DNA of 64,000 nucleotides, taken from positions 1 through 64,000 of the forward strand of contig JAYWIR010000122.1 in assembly GCA_036172245.1 (NCBI GenBank), written 5' to 3'. Positions 1 to 12,992 of the stretch are shown here, one piece after another; the stretch's first letter is position 1; each line of letters begins with the position of its first letter. Source of the stretch: Raillietiella orientalis (Eukaryota). The position numbers and the translations under genes are program-made. Under the pieces are notes generated by a model. It saw nothing but the letters and a program-made list of their open reading frames with translations, searched no databases and was not told the origin of the DNA.

Positions 1-1624
1 GTACGAGAAATCAAAAATATTTACTTTTTAAGAATGCTGAATGCACTTAAAATTCACTCATTTCCAGTCTGTGGTTTCATTTTTTTTTCTTTGGTTTTCA
101 TTTTATCATATATATTTTTTCTAATTTGCCTATTTGTGTGCTCTCCATGGTTATGGAAAAGATCATGGGCTGTCCAGGAGTTTATCGATATCTTGAACCA
201 CTATTAGCAATACTTCTTGGGAGTGTCTTGGCTATGCAGACGCATCTCCTTAATTTTTTTCATAAGTTTGTATGCTACCATGATTACTTCCTAGGAATAT
301 TTTGTCTATGTATTTAAGACTTCAAAGTTGTAAACTTGTTTCATTTGCTTGTGCTTGTTTCTTTTTAAAGCAGTTTGCTTGATTTCTGCTATTAATTGGA
401 ATTGCTCACTTTCTGATGTGCAGTTGTTCTTAATTTTCTACCACATTTGTGTATTTAAAATAAAATTAACCTGCATTTGTGTGCTGGATGATTTAATGAA
501 TGTTCGAGGTTTTTCTTAACGACAGCTCATTCTCGGATGAATCAATTTAGAGAAGCCACTTAGGAAACAGATTTGTCACCTTACACACGTATGCAATCTA
601 AATCAAGTGAGGAAAATTACATTGAGCAAAGTTTTCTTCTGTATGGGTGCAGTTTAGACCCCAGCAACATTTTTGTGAATTACTGTATATTGAATTGTAG
701 TTTATAGAATAAGATTTTTATGTTTTTATTTTAAAAAAATGGGAAAATGTGAATTAGTAATATAAAAATAGAAATGACCCCAAAAAATTACGGTTATTGC
801 TAATGTATTCAATACAAATATTGAAATTGTCATTCAGCATTTAGTTGTAATTAAGTTTTATATTTGTGATATTTGGAAATTTCGGAGTCTCTTTTCTTTT
901 GCCTTGTTGTTTGATTAAATTGATTTCTTTTGCTGTGGAAAATGGATGGATGGAGATGAGAAGAAACCATGTCAAATCAATTGTATAAACTGGGCATCTT
1001 TCTTTCTATGTCACTTGCGTACTCGTTAGTAAATGAAGTTGATATAAACTCTGTGTTATACTATTTTTTCGATTATTTCGGAATACTTATACATGTTTAT
1101 AGGATGCATTCTTGCTTTCAATGTGTTTAGTTGTGTCAGTTTTTCAGTAAAAATTAGTTTGAGATGTATTAACTGAACGAAAACATCGAATCGCCTATTG
1201 GACCGGTACCATTCGACCATTGATTTCGGATATGTTTTATAAGGTTCAGTTTTAAGTTTTCAAAGATATATTGTAATTTAAATTTATTTTAAGAGGTTTA
1301 TGTATACTATTTAAATTTCCCATTTTATCAGATGTTTTTTTTTGGCATGTTACAAGATTTCAAATCAGGGTGATGATGAAACATCAAAGATTCATGTATT
1401 AATTGAGTAAATATTTATCATTGTTTATTTATTTCATCACCCTTTGGTTTCTCATTGTTGTTATTTGACGTATGATTTTTGATTTCGTGTGGCTGGTTAC
1501 ATTTGATTCCTTTAAAGTGCTGAAGGATGTGAATTAGTGTTTCAATTGTTGTAATGAGTTTTGTATGTTGTTTTGTTACAGGAAACTGTAGAGGGTTTGT
1601 CCAGTCTGATTCTAACATTTCTTC

Positions 1625-4600
1625 ATGGAAGGCAATTCTGTTAAGCAGTACTTTATTAACAGCCCACAAGAACCCACTGTATTTGATGAGTTAGAGGTTG
1701 ATCACCATTCTACAAAATATGAGAGTCTTGCAATTAATCACAAGAATCCTGATCAGTCAGCAAGTAAAAATAATGATTAAGTTGGTAGTTGTTGTAGAAT
1801 TTGAAAAAAAATTATAGTTGCGAATGAAAATTTGAACATAGCAACATATCAAGGTCCTTTGCAAGTATTACCTCCCCATGATCATTCATGTATAAAGAGC
1901 AAAGCAACAAATGAAGCCCTTGTTAATTCAGGTATGTGCGTGTGATCTGTAAGTAGTTGAGCATGTTGAGTAGGAATAGGAAATATGGTAAATAATTGGG
2001 AATAGTGCCCAAAGATTTCCCGGAAATGAAAATATCGAATATCCTATCTATGTATCAAAAGCATTGTTTAGAAGTTCTGGATAGAATTACACTTTTTGTT
2101 GTGAAAACAATAAGTTTCTGTTAATTAATTGGTTATTTAAAGTCATGTCAATTCAAGTTCAGTACTTCATTAGCTTCAAAATTAAAAAAAAAATACCATA
2201 AATGATTTTTCTAACTGAAGTTCCCCAATTTTTTCAGATATTACTGGAAATAATACACCAGAATGTGTAGTATTAGAAGGTATTCATAATAATTTATTCA
2301 AAGACAACAGATTTGTGGAGTTACCACTTTCTGATTACATAGTCATCAAACCAGAAGTGTGGATTAAGAATGAAAAAACTGAAATGTATTTAAAACAAGT
2401 AATTAATAGCCCTCTAGGAACTTTCGTTCCAAATGAAGAAATGCTCACCCTTCCAGGAGTAAAGTTTCAGGAACAACTGGTATTGCAATTAATTCATGAT
2501 ATTATAATTAATTTGTGGTTGTTTGTTTTTGATGTGGATTTATTAGCTGTAGCCTTTAAATTTGTGCATTTCATTATATACCGTGTTCATTTTATTATTT
2601 TTATGTTTTGCTTTTTTCTTTTGATATTGTTTTCTGTTTGTGCATCTATTACGTTTTCTTTGTTAACTCTGAAACTTTGAAAGGTTGATCCTGTGTTGCT
2701 CTTTGGAAAACATTATCTTGAAAAACATGAAATAAAAAAACGCAATAGCCTTACAGCTGACTCAGTGACTCAGGATTTCAAAGGTTTATATCGATTAATT
2801 CAGGTAAATTGAAATTTCTCAAAAGTTACTATTTTCAGTTAGGTGCTCTAAAATGAATAATTATCTGTTATTGTTATCATATGAGCGTGTAAGCATCGAT
2901 ACATTTTCTTTTGCAAGGCTGTTTGCATCCTTAAGTATAATAGCATAATGTACAATGTAAGATTATTTTATGTTCACATGGTGATTCTGTGTAATTTAGT
3001 TGTCAAACTGTATTCCAATATTAACTTTGATTGATTTGTATTTCACAGTAACAAGAACAGATTAAAATCATAATTTAGATAGATAATTATTTTAGAATTC
3101 CATATCATTTGGGAAAATTCATTCAACTAAGCTAATTTGAAACTGTTTATTTAAGAATACTGTATGGACCATTATTTCTCAATTTCATATTTGGACTGTT
3201 CGTTTTGGTTTAATCTAATCAGTTTAAATTAAATGCTTTAAAATGAGGTGAAAATTGTTAAGAATTTAGATAAAATTGAAATTATGAATGTGTTTTCTCA
3301 ATTTTCTAGTCTGAAAATTTTTGTGCTGCAGTAAATTTGACTTGCCGGTTACTCACCATCTATGGTCAAGGTATTGGGCAAACTGGCCATTTAAGCAAAC
3401 ATACAGTGCATTCTATCCAAGTAAGAAACCATCCATCATAAGTAAAAATCAATGCATATAGTATAGCTGATAACTTCAGTATCTACAATGCAAACAGTAA
3501 ACACATGGATTTATATTTGAATAATTTGGTGTATACTTTGTTTTTTCAAATCTATGTTGCTTTTTAATATATTTGTGGTTCTGAAAACTACGACGGTATT
3601 TCCCTATATGTTAGTTTTTGACATACTAAACTGAACAATCATAATTGAAAGTGTCTCATTATGAATTTAAGAACTTAAGAGACCATTAACATAATGATTA
3701 TCAGTGCAGTGCAGCAAAATAAGAATATTTCTTGATTTGTATGCCTTTTTGCAAATGTTGTTTACGAATTTCTGTTATCATGTTTGAAGTCATTATGTGA
3801 AAACTTCAATAGATGGTCACAATTATGTGTGTTGAAAGTTGTTGGACTTACATTGATAAAGACAACTGAGAGATTCATTTTATGTATGTATGTTGAGTTT
3901 TGAGATTTTTACTCATTAGCCTAGAAAATTCAATAAGTCTACACAGTGTTTAAGAAAATTATTGTAGCATGTATTATTTGCTTGCTGTAAGAGACAGAGA
4001 TATGTTAGTAACAGAATTAGCAGTTTCTTATCTTATCAAGATCTATGGCAATCAAGATCTCAGTGTAATTAATTGTCAATGCATTAATACATTTCTGGTT
4101 TTGTTGATTGCTTTTATTGTTATTTCCTGATTTATATATTTATTTGGAATCTGCAGCTTTGTTATCATCGTAATTCTTTTTTGGTTTGCCTGTAGTTGTG
4201 GTACATTCGGCTGATACTTTTATGCAAACTGAGACAGTACTCTTTAGCTGAGTCTGAAGCAGAAGCTTTTGGTGATTTTGAAAAACCTGATATGTACTTT
4301 GAGTGGTCTCCTGAATTATATGGGAAACAAAAAGGATCAATGGTACCTTTTGGTATGAGACTCTTAGTTAGCAGCATTCCAAGTTTTTTAAATAAAAGTA
4401 TTGAATCTCTGAATAAACTTCATTATATTTTACAAGTTGTGAGAAAAGTAAGTTAAAGAAAACACAATTCCATCCTTATGAAGACAAAGATCCAAGACAA
4501 TCTACAAATGGGTTTAAGTGAAGATGGTTCACATCATCTTGAACAGGAAATTGAGGCCAAACAGCAAATTTCGTCACTGTGGCATAAACGACTAGTATGC

Positions 4601-5260
4601 ACATTGCATCATATGGTGAACTGTGCTTTGGTTTTTAAGGTGAGAAATGTTTGTATGCAAAAACTGAGTTTCTTTAGGATTACTTTTTGACTGTATCCCT
4701 CATTGAGGACTGCATTGCACAGGATGTAATTAACAGAACTCATCTGGTTTCTCTGCTGTCTCGTGTGCATTTGAATAATGGGAATATCGTACAAGCTGAG
4801 AAAACTTTAGAGTTATCTAGGTCTCTAACGCACCTAAATCTGCAGAATCAAGTAGAAGTCCTAATTAATGAGTTTTATTTGTTTTTGGCAAAGAATGATG
4901 CAAAATCTGCACAGATGGTTTTGGAAAGTGCTCTCCAATTAAAGCCTCAGGATCCTATTGTAAGTTCTAAATAGACATTGTGCATGGTTAGTAACTATAA
5001 ACTCCCAGTTAGTGAATAACCTAGCTGTCTGTTTAGTTTACTTGGGTAATTTGCAGCAAGCTTTGCTGCTACTTGAAGATCATATTAAATTGGATCCTTC
5101 AGCATATTTAATTGAAAGTATTGTACTCAATTTGAGTACAATGTATGAACTTAGAATGATGAGTTATAAAGAAAAGAAGCTAAATTTACTGAGACTTATT
5201 ATGCAGTATAAAGGAGATTCTTTTGCAGTATCATCCCTGAAGCTTGGTATACCATCTTAA
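1625..5260 (+). CDS. TRAPPC12: Trafficking protein particle complex subunit 12 (TTC15), multi-exon
   Basis: Spliced in-frame exons ~1625-1763, 1818-1931, 2238-2480, ~2684-2803, 3310-3420, ~4196-4447, 4490-4639, 4678-4959 and 5009-5260, with GT-AG introns. Peptides [77 protein letters not shown] and [13 protein letters not shown]...KGDSF match TRAPPC12 as remembered. The start ATG at 1625 ([10 protein letters not shown]) is inferred. Confidence 0.9.
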
Positions 5261-7860
5261 AGATCAGCAGTGCATTTCTGTTGGCAATATTTATTTCCTG
5301 CACATTTGACTGAAAATTATTAACAAATGTTTGTGGCAACATAAGGAAGAATAACATACTAATAATAATGTACTTCATATCAATAAGATGATACTTATAG
5401 TATTGACTTAGAGAACATTAATTTCTGTGAAAAAAGGAGTGCAGAATTATGGTGCATTCAATGAACAGTTTTTCACAGAGGTGCATTGGTTGAAGTCCCA
5501 TTTAGAGCTTCAGCGTGACAGTATAAAATTCCCTTTGAACAAATTCCTTAAATTCATAAATCTCACACTTGATTGTATTACTTGTAATACTGCTGGAACT
5601 AGAAAAAATTAACAGTATACATTTGTTATTTTTTTTAGAAGAAAATGGAGTTGTCTAGCAGTTCTAAAGTCTGGTTACATATAAACCAAAGTTAACGTTG
5701 TTATAAAACAAAATAATAGATACATGACAAGTATGGAAACTGGTAAATTGGACTTTGGGGTATTGTAACTGGTGTTACTTTGGTGATGCATGAATCAAAT
5801 GTTTTAGACTTGGAATTATTAATTAAGATTAATTACAGACCGAAAGTTTTACAGAATTTATTTCAAATTGGTTTTGTGAAAAACTTAAAACATCACAAGA
5901 ACAAACGTGGCATTTTTATTTTGTATTGTGAAGACAGAACATGATATTTAGAAAAAGCTGCGAATTTCAAAACCCAAAAATGATTTACTTTTATTTTTCC
6001 GTAAACTGGGGCTATTATTCTGTAGTCCAGTAACCAAAAGAATTTGCAGATTATCGGAGAAACCTTTATTAAGCTGCTAAGCTGAGGGTTTGCTTGATTT
6101 TAGATTTTAGAAGTTTTTTGATCATCATAACATTCAAATTAATGCCAACGTTCATAAGCGTATTATAAATCCAGAACATCTACTTAACACTAAGATGCGT
6201 CAACAGGTGTATGTGAAAATATCTAGTTCTCTACATTTGGTAATATGCAATGGTTTTCACAAAATGGTAAAGATTTTCTGGAATTAGCTAATATTTTTGG
6301 ATCATAATACTTTACCACCGAAGAATCACCTTGTGGAACTGAAGTGCCATTTCAAATAAGTTTTCAACGAGAGAATCCTCATTTGGAAAAATGAACAAGG
6401 ATAACTTGCCTTTTTTTGTTTGCAGCCTTATAAATGAATTATAGGAATGCAATTTTCAGAGACCTAAATTGGCAACTCTTACGCGATGCGTGACGTTGTT
6501 GCGTAATATCTGATAGTCACATTCAAGTTTGAATTTTTCCACGATGTATTTGCGAGAGATTTTTTTGCTATTCATCCTTGGACACGCGTAACTTTGACGA
6601 CTTTGATAACTTCGCATGCCATCATGCATTAAATTTAATGTTTGATAAATTGTATTTTTTATTTGCGTTTTCGTTCACCTAATTCTCAGCATCATTATCT
6701 GATATGGTCTCTTCTGAATCAAAAGAACGCAAATGGTATTATTTGTTAAATTGGAAGCAAAAAGAACCGTAAAATGCTGTTTTTAGTTGAAAACTTTTTG
6801 AAAGCCACTTGATAACAGAGATAACATTATCTTGATGTTTACGGTAGAATGCTGAGTGTTTCCAGCTCCCAGTGCATTGCAGAAAAGCATACCGAGTCAT
6901 TCATGCTGCATAGAAAAAATCCACAGGAAATGCATCGATTCAAGTCCTATTTAGTTCTGCAGGTTGGGACAGTATACAAGATCCTTTGGACACAACTCTA
7001 AGTTCATAACTTTGACATCTGATACTATTACTTATAATATAGCCGAATTATGGATATCCATGCTTATGTTCTTTGTTTATAAGTTCATACTGATCATTTA
7101 TTCCATGTGAAATTTTCTCCATACTCATCCTCATTAAACTAAAGTTAACATATGACTTATAGATAAATTTATCAATTTATCAAAAATTTGGTCATTGTGA
7201 TTTTCTCATAACTTTGAAAATTTGAATGTTATTGCTATACGAATACAGGTTAAATTAACTTTCTTGCTTATTCAAAGAGAAATCACATGTGATACGCTTT
7301 TGACAATATCATTTCCTTGACAAATAAACATGAAACAAAGCATATTGAGTAAAGATATATGGTATACACAGGTACAGCAAAATCAGAAATCTTGAGGCAC
7401 TTTTTGCAATCTTAGAGCACATCTTTTGCTGATTGGACTTGGAATTTGAAGACATTAGCAAAAGACATTGCAGTACCAATTGATATAAACTAAATAATGG
7501 TTAATCCATTAACTAAAAAATGCAGTAATTCATTATAAGCGTTTTAAAAAAATTAAAACTTTGTGACGTAATTCATTTATATTGAACTTTTAAGGGAATG
7601 TGATTAGTCGTCCTATTGACACATGCTTATCACCAAACCTGAATAGCTTGGTAATCTACAAAAGCCTGCGCTTGTCACTTATGTTCCGATTCCAAATAGG
7701 TATAGTGAGTAACGGAAGTGTTACTCATTGGAGAACAAAAAAATTAAAAGCAATAAAAAGTGAATTCTTTGGTCATGGATTTCGTTAGTTATTTAGTTAC
7801 GCTGAAGTATCTCGGTGATTTCTTATCGTGTGCAGAATACTCAGAGACGTAAAACTTAGA

Positions 7861-10800
7861 ATGTCGGCACATCGAATGACGGAAACATTTCCAGGTTTTT
7901 TGAAAGAAAGATCTGTCCATAAACCCAAAAAAGTGTGTTCCAATCGGAAGTCAAACTATCAACTAATAGCGCATAGCAGAAATTCTCAAGAATTGACACG
8001 TTTGTATACTCAAGGTAATACTGTTTAAGGTTTGGTTGCAAAAGCAATTAGGAATAGTTGTTAGCATAGAAAGTGCCATTATAACAATTATTTTGATTAC
8101 ATTGGTAATTCAGAAGAAACCATATCAGATAGTGAAGTTAAGAATTCGTGAAAGGAAACGGCAGATATTTAAGTTCAAATTTTGTAGTGATGCTTTTATT
8201 GCATATTGCTTTTAATATAATAAGGAAGTAAAACACGAAAGTAAGACGTAATTAATTCATTTTTTATATACACTCTAGTATTTAGGAAAGTGAAGATACA
8301 TTCTCATAGATGTATGATCAACAGATTATGTATTGCATCAGAGGATATTGTTTGTTATTGTTCATTATTGTCTGTTAAATAAGAAGTAACAAGATCAAGT
8401 TTGTCAGATGTAGGAAGCAATTTCTCTTTTAAGGGTAACCACATTCCCAATTCATTATAAATTAGACTGTTTCACAGTTGTGTTAAGTGTGGAAGTAAAT
8501 TATTTTTTTTTATTTTAAAGGATTTAAAAGATAATACTCTTATTTTCATGGATTTTAGAATGTTCATTAGAAAATTTACACGATCGTTGGAAATTTCAAT
8601 AAAGTGATTGCAACGAACATTGTACTGTTTTTGAAATCTTGGCATCAGTTTTGACATAGGTGCAATTTTTACCTTGTTCACTTGAACAGCATCCAGTAAT
8701 TTAAATACTCACATGCGAATCTTCGGATCTTCGAAACTGGCATACATTTTTTGACGTTAAGTTTCTATTCTTAAAAACAATATATATATTGCAGTGTAGT
8801 AGTCTACATCTATGGGTGCATATTGGTTTAGAGGTGTACATCTACTGTGTCCATTTTTACAAATGTATGTACATTATTGCATCTGATTGTTCCAGAAGAT
8901 GGTTGTTTAATGAATATTTCAAATTTCAATAAGCAGATGGCACAATTCATTTCATCTAGTTTTGAGACATGCAACTCATGTGAAAGTTTGAACAATCATT
9001 TAGCATGGAAAAAAAAAAAAAACTCTGTCATGCACCATGGTTTACAGTTTTAGAAAATTCTCTGTAAGTTCTAAATTTAAATTTCGGGTATTTTGGTACA
9101 AGCATATTAGATTTTTCCAAATAAACAAATTACAAATTAAATTTATAGCACTGTATCTTTGTTGTTAGAAAATAAGTTTGGGGTGTTACAGTTATTTTTC
9201 TAGACAGGTAGATACATTTTCATGAACATATTTGGCAAGCTGTTTTCTCAACAATGGTTTAAATTGTAAGGGAAATGATGATGATTATTATTATGATAGC
9301 ATATAATAGTATCCATCTTCATATCAAATCTTCATCCCAGTACTCTGAATCCTTGATAGGTGTGGCGGTGGTGGTATTGTAGTATGTATCTGCAATAAGC
9401 AAACATCCTACTTTGTGAAGCAAGTCTTTACTTTACAAAGTATTTCATTATTTATACACAATTTTGGGATTGTAACTCTTGTAGAGGTAAGTGCTTTTGA
9501 GCATGCTGGTCAAGTAAATGTGCTCAAAGTGTAACTAGCAACTTAATTGTTTTGTTTATTCATCTAGTAATAATGAATTTTTGCGACCTTCGCATTTTGA
9601 CAGTCTCAGGTTTTAAATGTAATGCTCATAAATTATATTTTCTGCTTTGGATGATCAGTTTTTATTTTTTTGCTGTATTAGGGTATTCTAAGAAATATAA
9701 GTATGAAAAATTCACAATCCCTGAAGTATCATACAAGTGAAGTTTCATGAAGTTGTGCAATTAAAACCTGAATTGGATTCATCTTTGAAATGTATATGGA
9801 AACTTAAGAAACATCTGTTTTCAGTAGCATGGAGAAAGTAAATTTGTTTTTAATGTAGGTAGATCACCATGTTGCTATGCAGTCACATTATTTGAAGCTG
9901 TTGAAGAACTGAATGCCAATACAGTTTTAACTAATAATTTCAATGTCATAGTTTGACAAGAAGGGAAAATGCATACTGAACACCTGTTGATTACTTGAAA
10001 TTTATAAAATTTTAAATCAGTTTCTGTTGCAAGGATTTAATAACTATCATCATTTAAATCAAATTCAAGCAAAGGTGTGGGAATGTGTAAATAGGGTTAT
10101 AAAAATATTGGAAAAGTAGTAAATTGGAAATACTGTAAAGATGGGCAGTGAATGCAACTTTCAGTGAATAATTAATGTTAATAATTCAGAGAATTCAATT
10201 TATTATACTAGTATTAGATAAAAGTTATTTGTCATATCTGAGTAATATTAAATGTACATTTTCGTGTTTTGTACAGTGTATATTAAAATGACAGCCAGAT
10301 TTCTATAGCATCATCATACTGTATTTTTGTGCTTTTATTAGGAAAAAGGATCCAAGAAGTTTTAAGTGTATATATTGCTTTCTCTTTAATGGTTTTCAAT
10401 GCATATTTCTTAATTTGGAACTTTTATACCGAAGATATAATATTTATTGTTCTTGGTGTAATACTTGGAATCTCAACTGCAGATTTGGGTAGTGGCATCA
10501 TTCATTGGTTAGCTGATACATGGGGTTCTGTTGAAACTCCTATCATTGGAAAGGTAGTGACTGCTTTGTAAGTGATTATCATTAGCACCTTAAAAAAAGT
10601 TCAAGACTGGTTGTGAAGTAAAATTGTGAAAATTCGCAATTATTTTTTGAGACTCAAGAACAGCTCTTAGTCCTTCAAACATGATATAAGCATATGAAAA
10701 ATTGGAATGTAAGCAATTATTATTAGCTTATAACATACCAGAACCTTGAATGCATGAGATTATTACTGCAATCACTTAATATTTTCTTTTTGTAAGCAGG

Positions 10801-12544
10801 ATGCAGCATAAAGAAGAGAGTGTTCTTGAATAATGAAGTCTGTGTGTTATTGGTGGCAGTAGGTTAAAGTTTGATACAAATAAAAATTATCATAAATGAG
10901 TGAAATGTGATAACAGATTGATAACAGCTATTGAAATATGTTGTGATGAAAAGTGGTGTGCAGAACTAATGATAAATTCCATTTAGCTGATACTGATTGC
11001 TAATGCAAAAATTCTGTTTTTCTTAAATTAATCAATGCTGCTTGATGAATGCTTTGCAGATGAAAAGGTTTTTAGTATTTGAAGTTCAAACATATGTAAA
11101 GAGTTCGATACTCTTCTGATATGTTATGCTTTATTCAAAGTTGATATTGAATTTTTGTTCTGGGAAAATGAATGAATTTGTTTAGTTTTATAATTTTTGT
11201 TTTTTTTCTTGAGTGATTATCTCATAATGAGTTTTCTTTTACATGCATGGTAATGGGGCATGAAATCTATGAAATGAATGGAAATTTTGGGCAAATATGA
11301 AAGTCATTGAGTTAATGGGAGATGACTTGAGTTGTGTGAGTTGTTGAGTAGCAGTTGAAATCATGCTAGCGTAAATATAGCAGTAATTTTTTTAAAAAAA
11401 GGCAAATTTTCTAAAATTAATAGTGTAATATATCTTTGTAAAATGGGAATTTTTGGACTGTAATTGCTATTTTTTCATTTTCAGGGGTGTAATTCAGTCA
11501 GTTTAATGGTTTAAAATAAATGTCTTGAATCCAGATTTCATTGGAAAATCACTTACTCTGAATGTTTATAATATTAATGTAATAGCATGAGCATTCAGAA
11601 TTGCCAGTAAAACTGTTAGTGTGTCAATTCTGTAAAGAAGATTCGCTAATTTGATTAATTGATTTCAATAACTTTGTTTTATGCGAAAAATTAAGTATGA
11701 ATTTGAGACCTTAGTATTTGTTTGGTAATTCTTTAGCTTTGGCATTTGCCAAAGAAAAGGAAATCAAATATGGCTCTAGTTCATACTTAGGAAAGTGATT
11801 AGTTTGCATATAAAAGTTTGAATGATATGAATACCATTAAAGGTCTCTTTTCTTAAACTCATATTAATATTGTTTCATTTTTTAAATAAACATTACATAA
11901 AAACTTGCTAAATTTCAGTATGTAGTCTCTAGTTATTCAGTTTTCATAATTGACTCAATGAAAAGAACGCAACTTTTTTGTGTTTTAGAACTTCTTAAGA
12001 CCTTTTCGGGAACATCATCTTGATCCTTTGTCTATTACAAGGCATGATTTTGTTGAAACAAATGGAGACAACTTTATGCTATCTTTAATTCCTAATTTTT
12101 GGATTTGTAGAGCTTTTTTTGTTAAAACCAAATCACAAATTCGAGACCAATATTTTTGTCTGATTTATTGGTATTTTTTGGCTTTTTTTACAGCTTTTAC
12201 CAATCAGGTATTCAGTTGTTCTTTTGGGATATCTGCATGTGTTGTAGTGATGATTCAAACTTTCATAACTCTATTTTTACTAGATTCATAAATGGGCACA
12301 TACTTATCAAGGTCTCCCACGAATAGTAAAATTTCTCCAGCATTATCATCTCATCTTACCCAGGATGCACCACCGTATTCACCATGAAGCTCCACATGCA
12401 ATGTATTTTTGCATAACTACTGGTTGGCTTAATTGGCCATTGGAAATGTTACAATTTTGGAAGATTTTAGAAACCATAATTGAGAAAATGACAGGAATCA
12501 AACCCAGACTTGATGATTTACAGTGGGCACAGAAGCTGCAGTGA
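7861..12544 (+). CDS. PEDS1: Plasmanylethanolamine desaturase (TMEM189/Kua)
   Basis: Exons 7861-8014, 10342-10553, 11989-12207 and 12284-12544 join in frame. They encode ELTRLYTQG|KRIQE, ADLGSGIIHWLADTWGSVETPIIGK, RPFREHHLDPLSITRHDFVETNGDN, TNQIHKWAHTY and HHRIHHEAPHAMYFCITTGWLNWPLE, which are the family histidine boxes. Confidence 0.93.
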
Positions 12545-12945
12545 TACGTGTGTAATGAAAAGCAATGAATTTTTCTACTTGAAACTTTTAAAATGATTGA
12601 AAATGATTTCTCACAGATTTATGGCAATGGCTTAATAGCTTTATCATTTCTGGAGTCATGCTGAAATTTTTATTTTGAAAGTATAGGAGAAAAATTTTTT
12701 GCGATGTTTTGCTATTCTTTGAAAAATTTTTATGTTCCCCAGCTTTAGTGAAAACTGCTAAAGGTCAAGCTTAATGCTTTTAAATATATTTAAAGATTTT
12801 TTATTAATTAATAAATTATCACATATATTCTATGCAATACGTTTATAAATTTAATATAATAAAGCTTTTCAGAAGTTTCTTTCAAGCTAATGTATGAATC
12901 ACAATTTATAATTATGCATGGGTACATGATTATAAAATATTTTGC

Positions 12946-12992
12946 ATGTCTATATATGTGTGTATGTGTATGTGTGATGTGTATATATATCA
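12946..12992. repeat. (TG/TA)n low-complexity microsatellite
   Basis: atgtctatatatgtgtgtatgtgtatgtgtgatgtgtatatatatc, directly after the formin stop codon. Confidence 0.7.

Noticed and set aside
1..1400. Short ORFs at the window start
   Set aside because: No recognisable protein on either strand; likely TRAPPC12 upstream or UTR sequence.
9270..9352. Possible intronic box C/D snoRNA (ATGATGA...CTGA with a GGA/TCC stem) in PEDS1 intron 1
   Set aside because: The C box sits in an ATG/ATT low-complexity run, and the only rRNA-like complement (TTCATCCCA) is short and not adjacent to box D.
10943..10996. GTGATGA...CTGA C/D-like pair
   Set aside because: About 50 nt, too short, with no terminal stem or recognisable guide.
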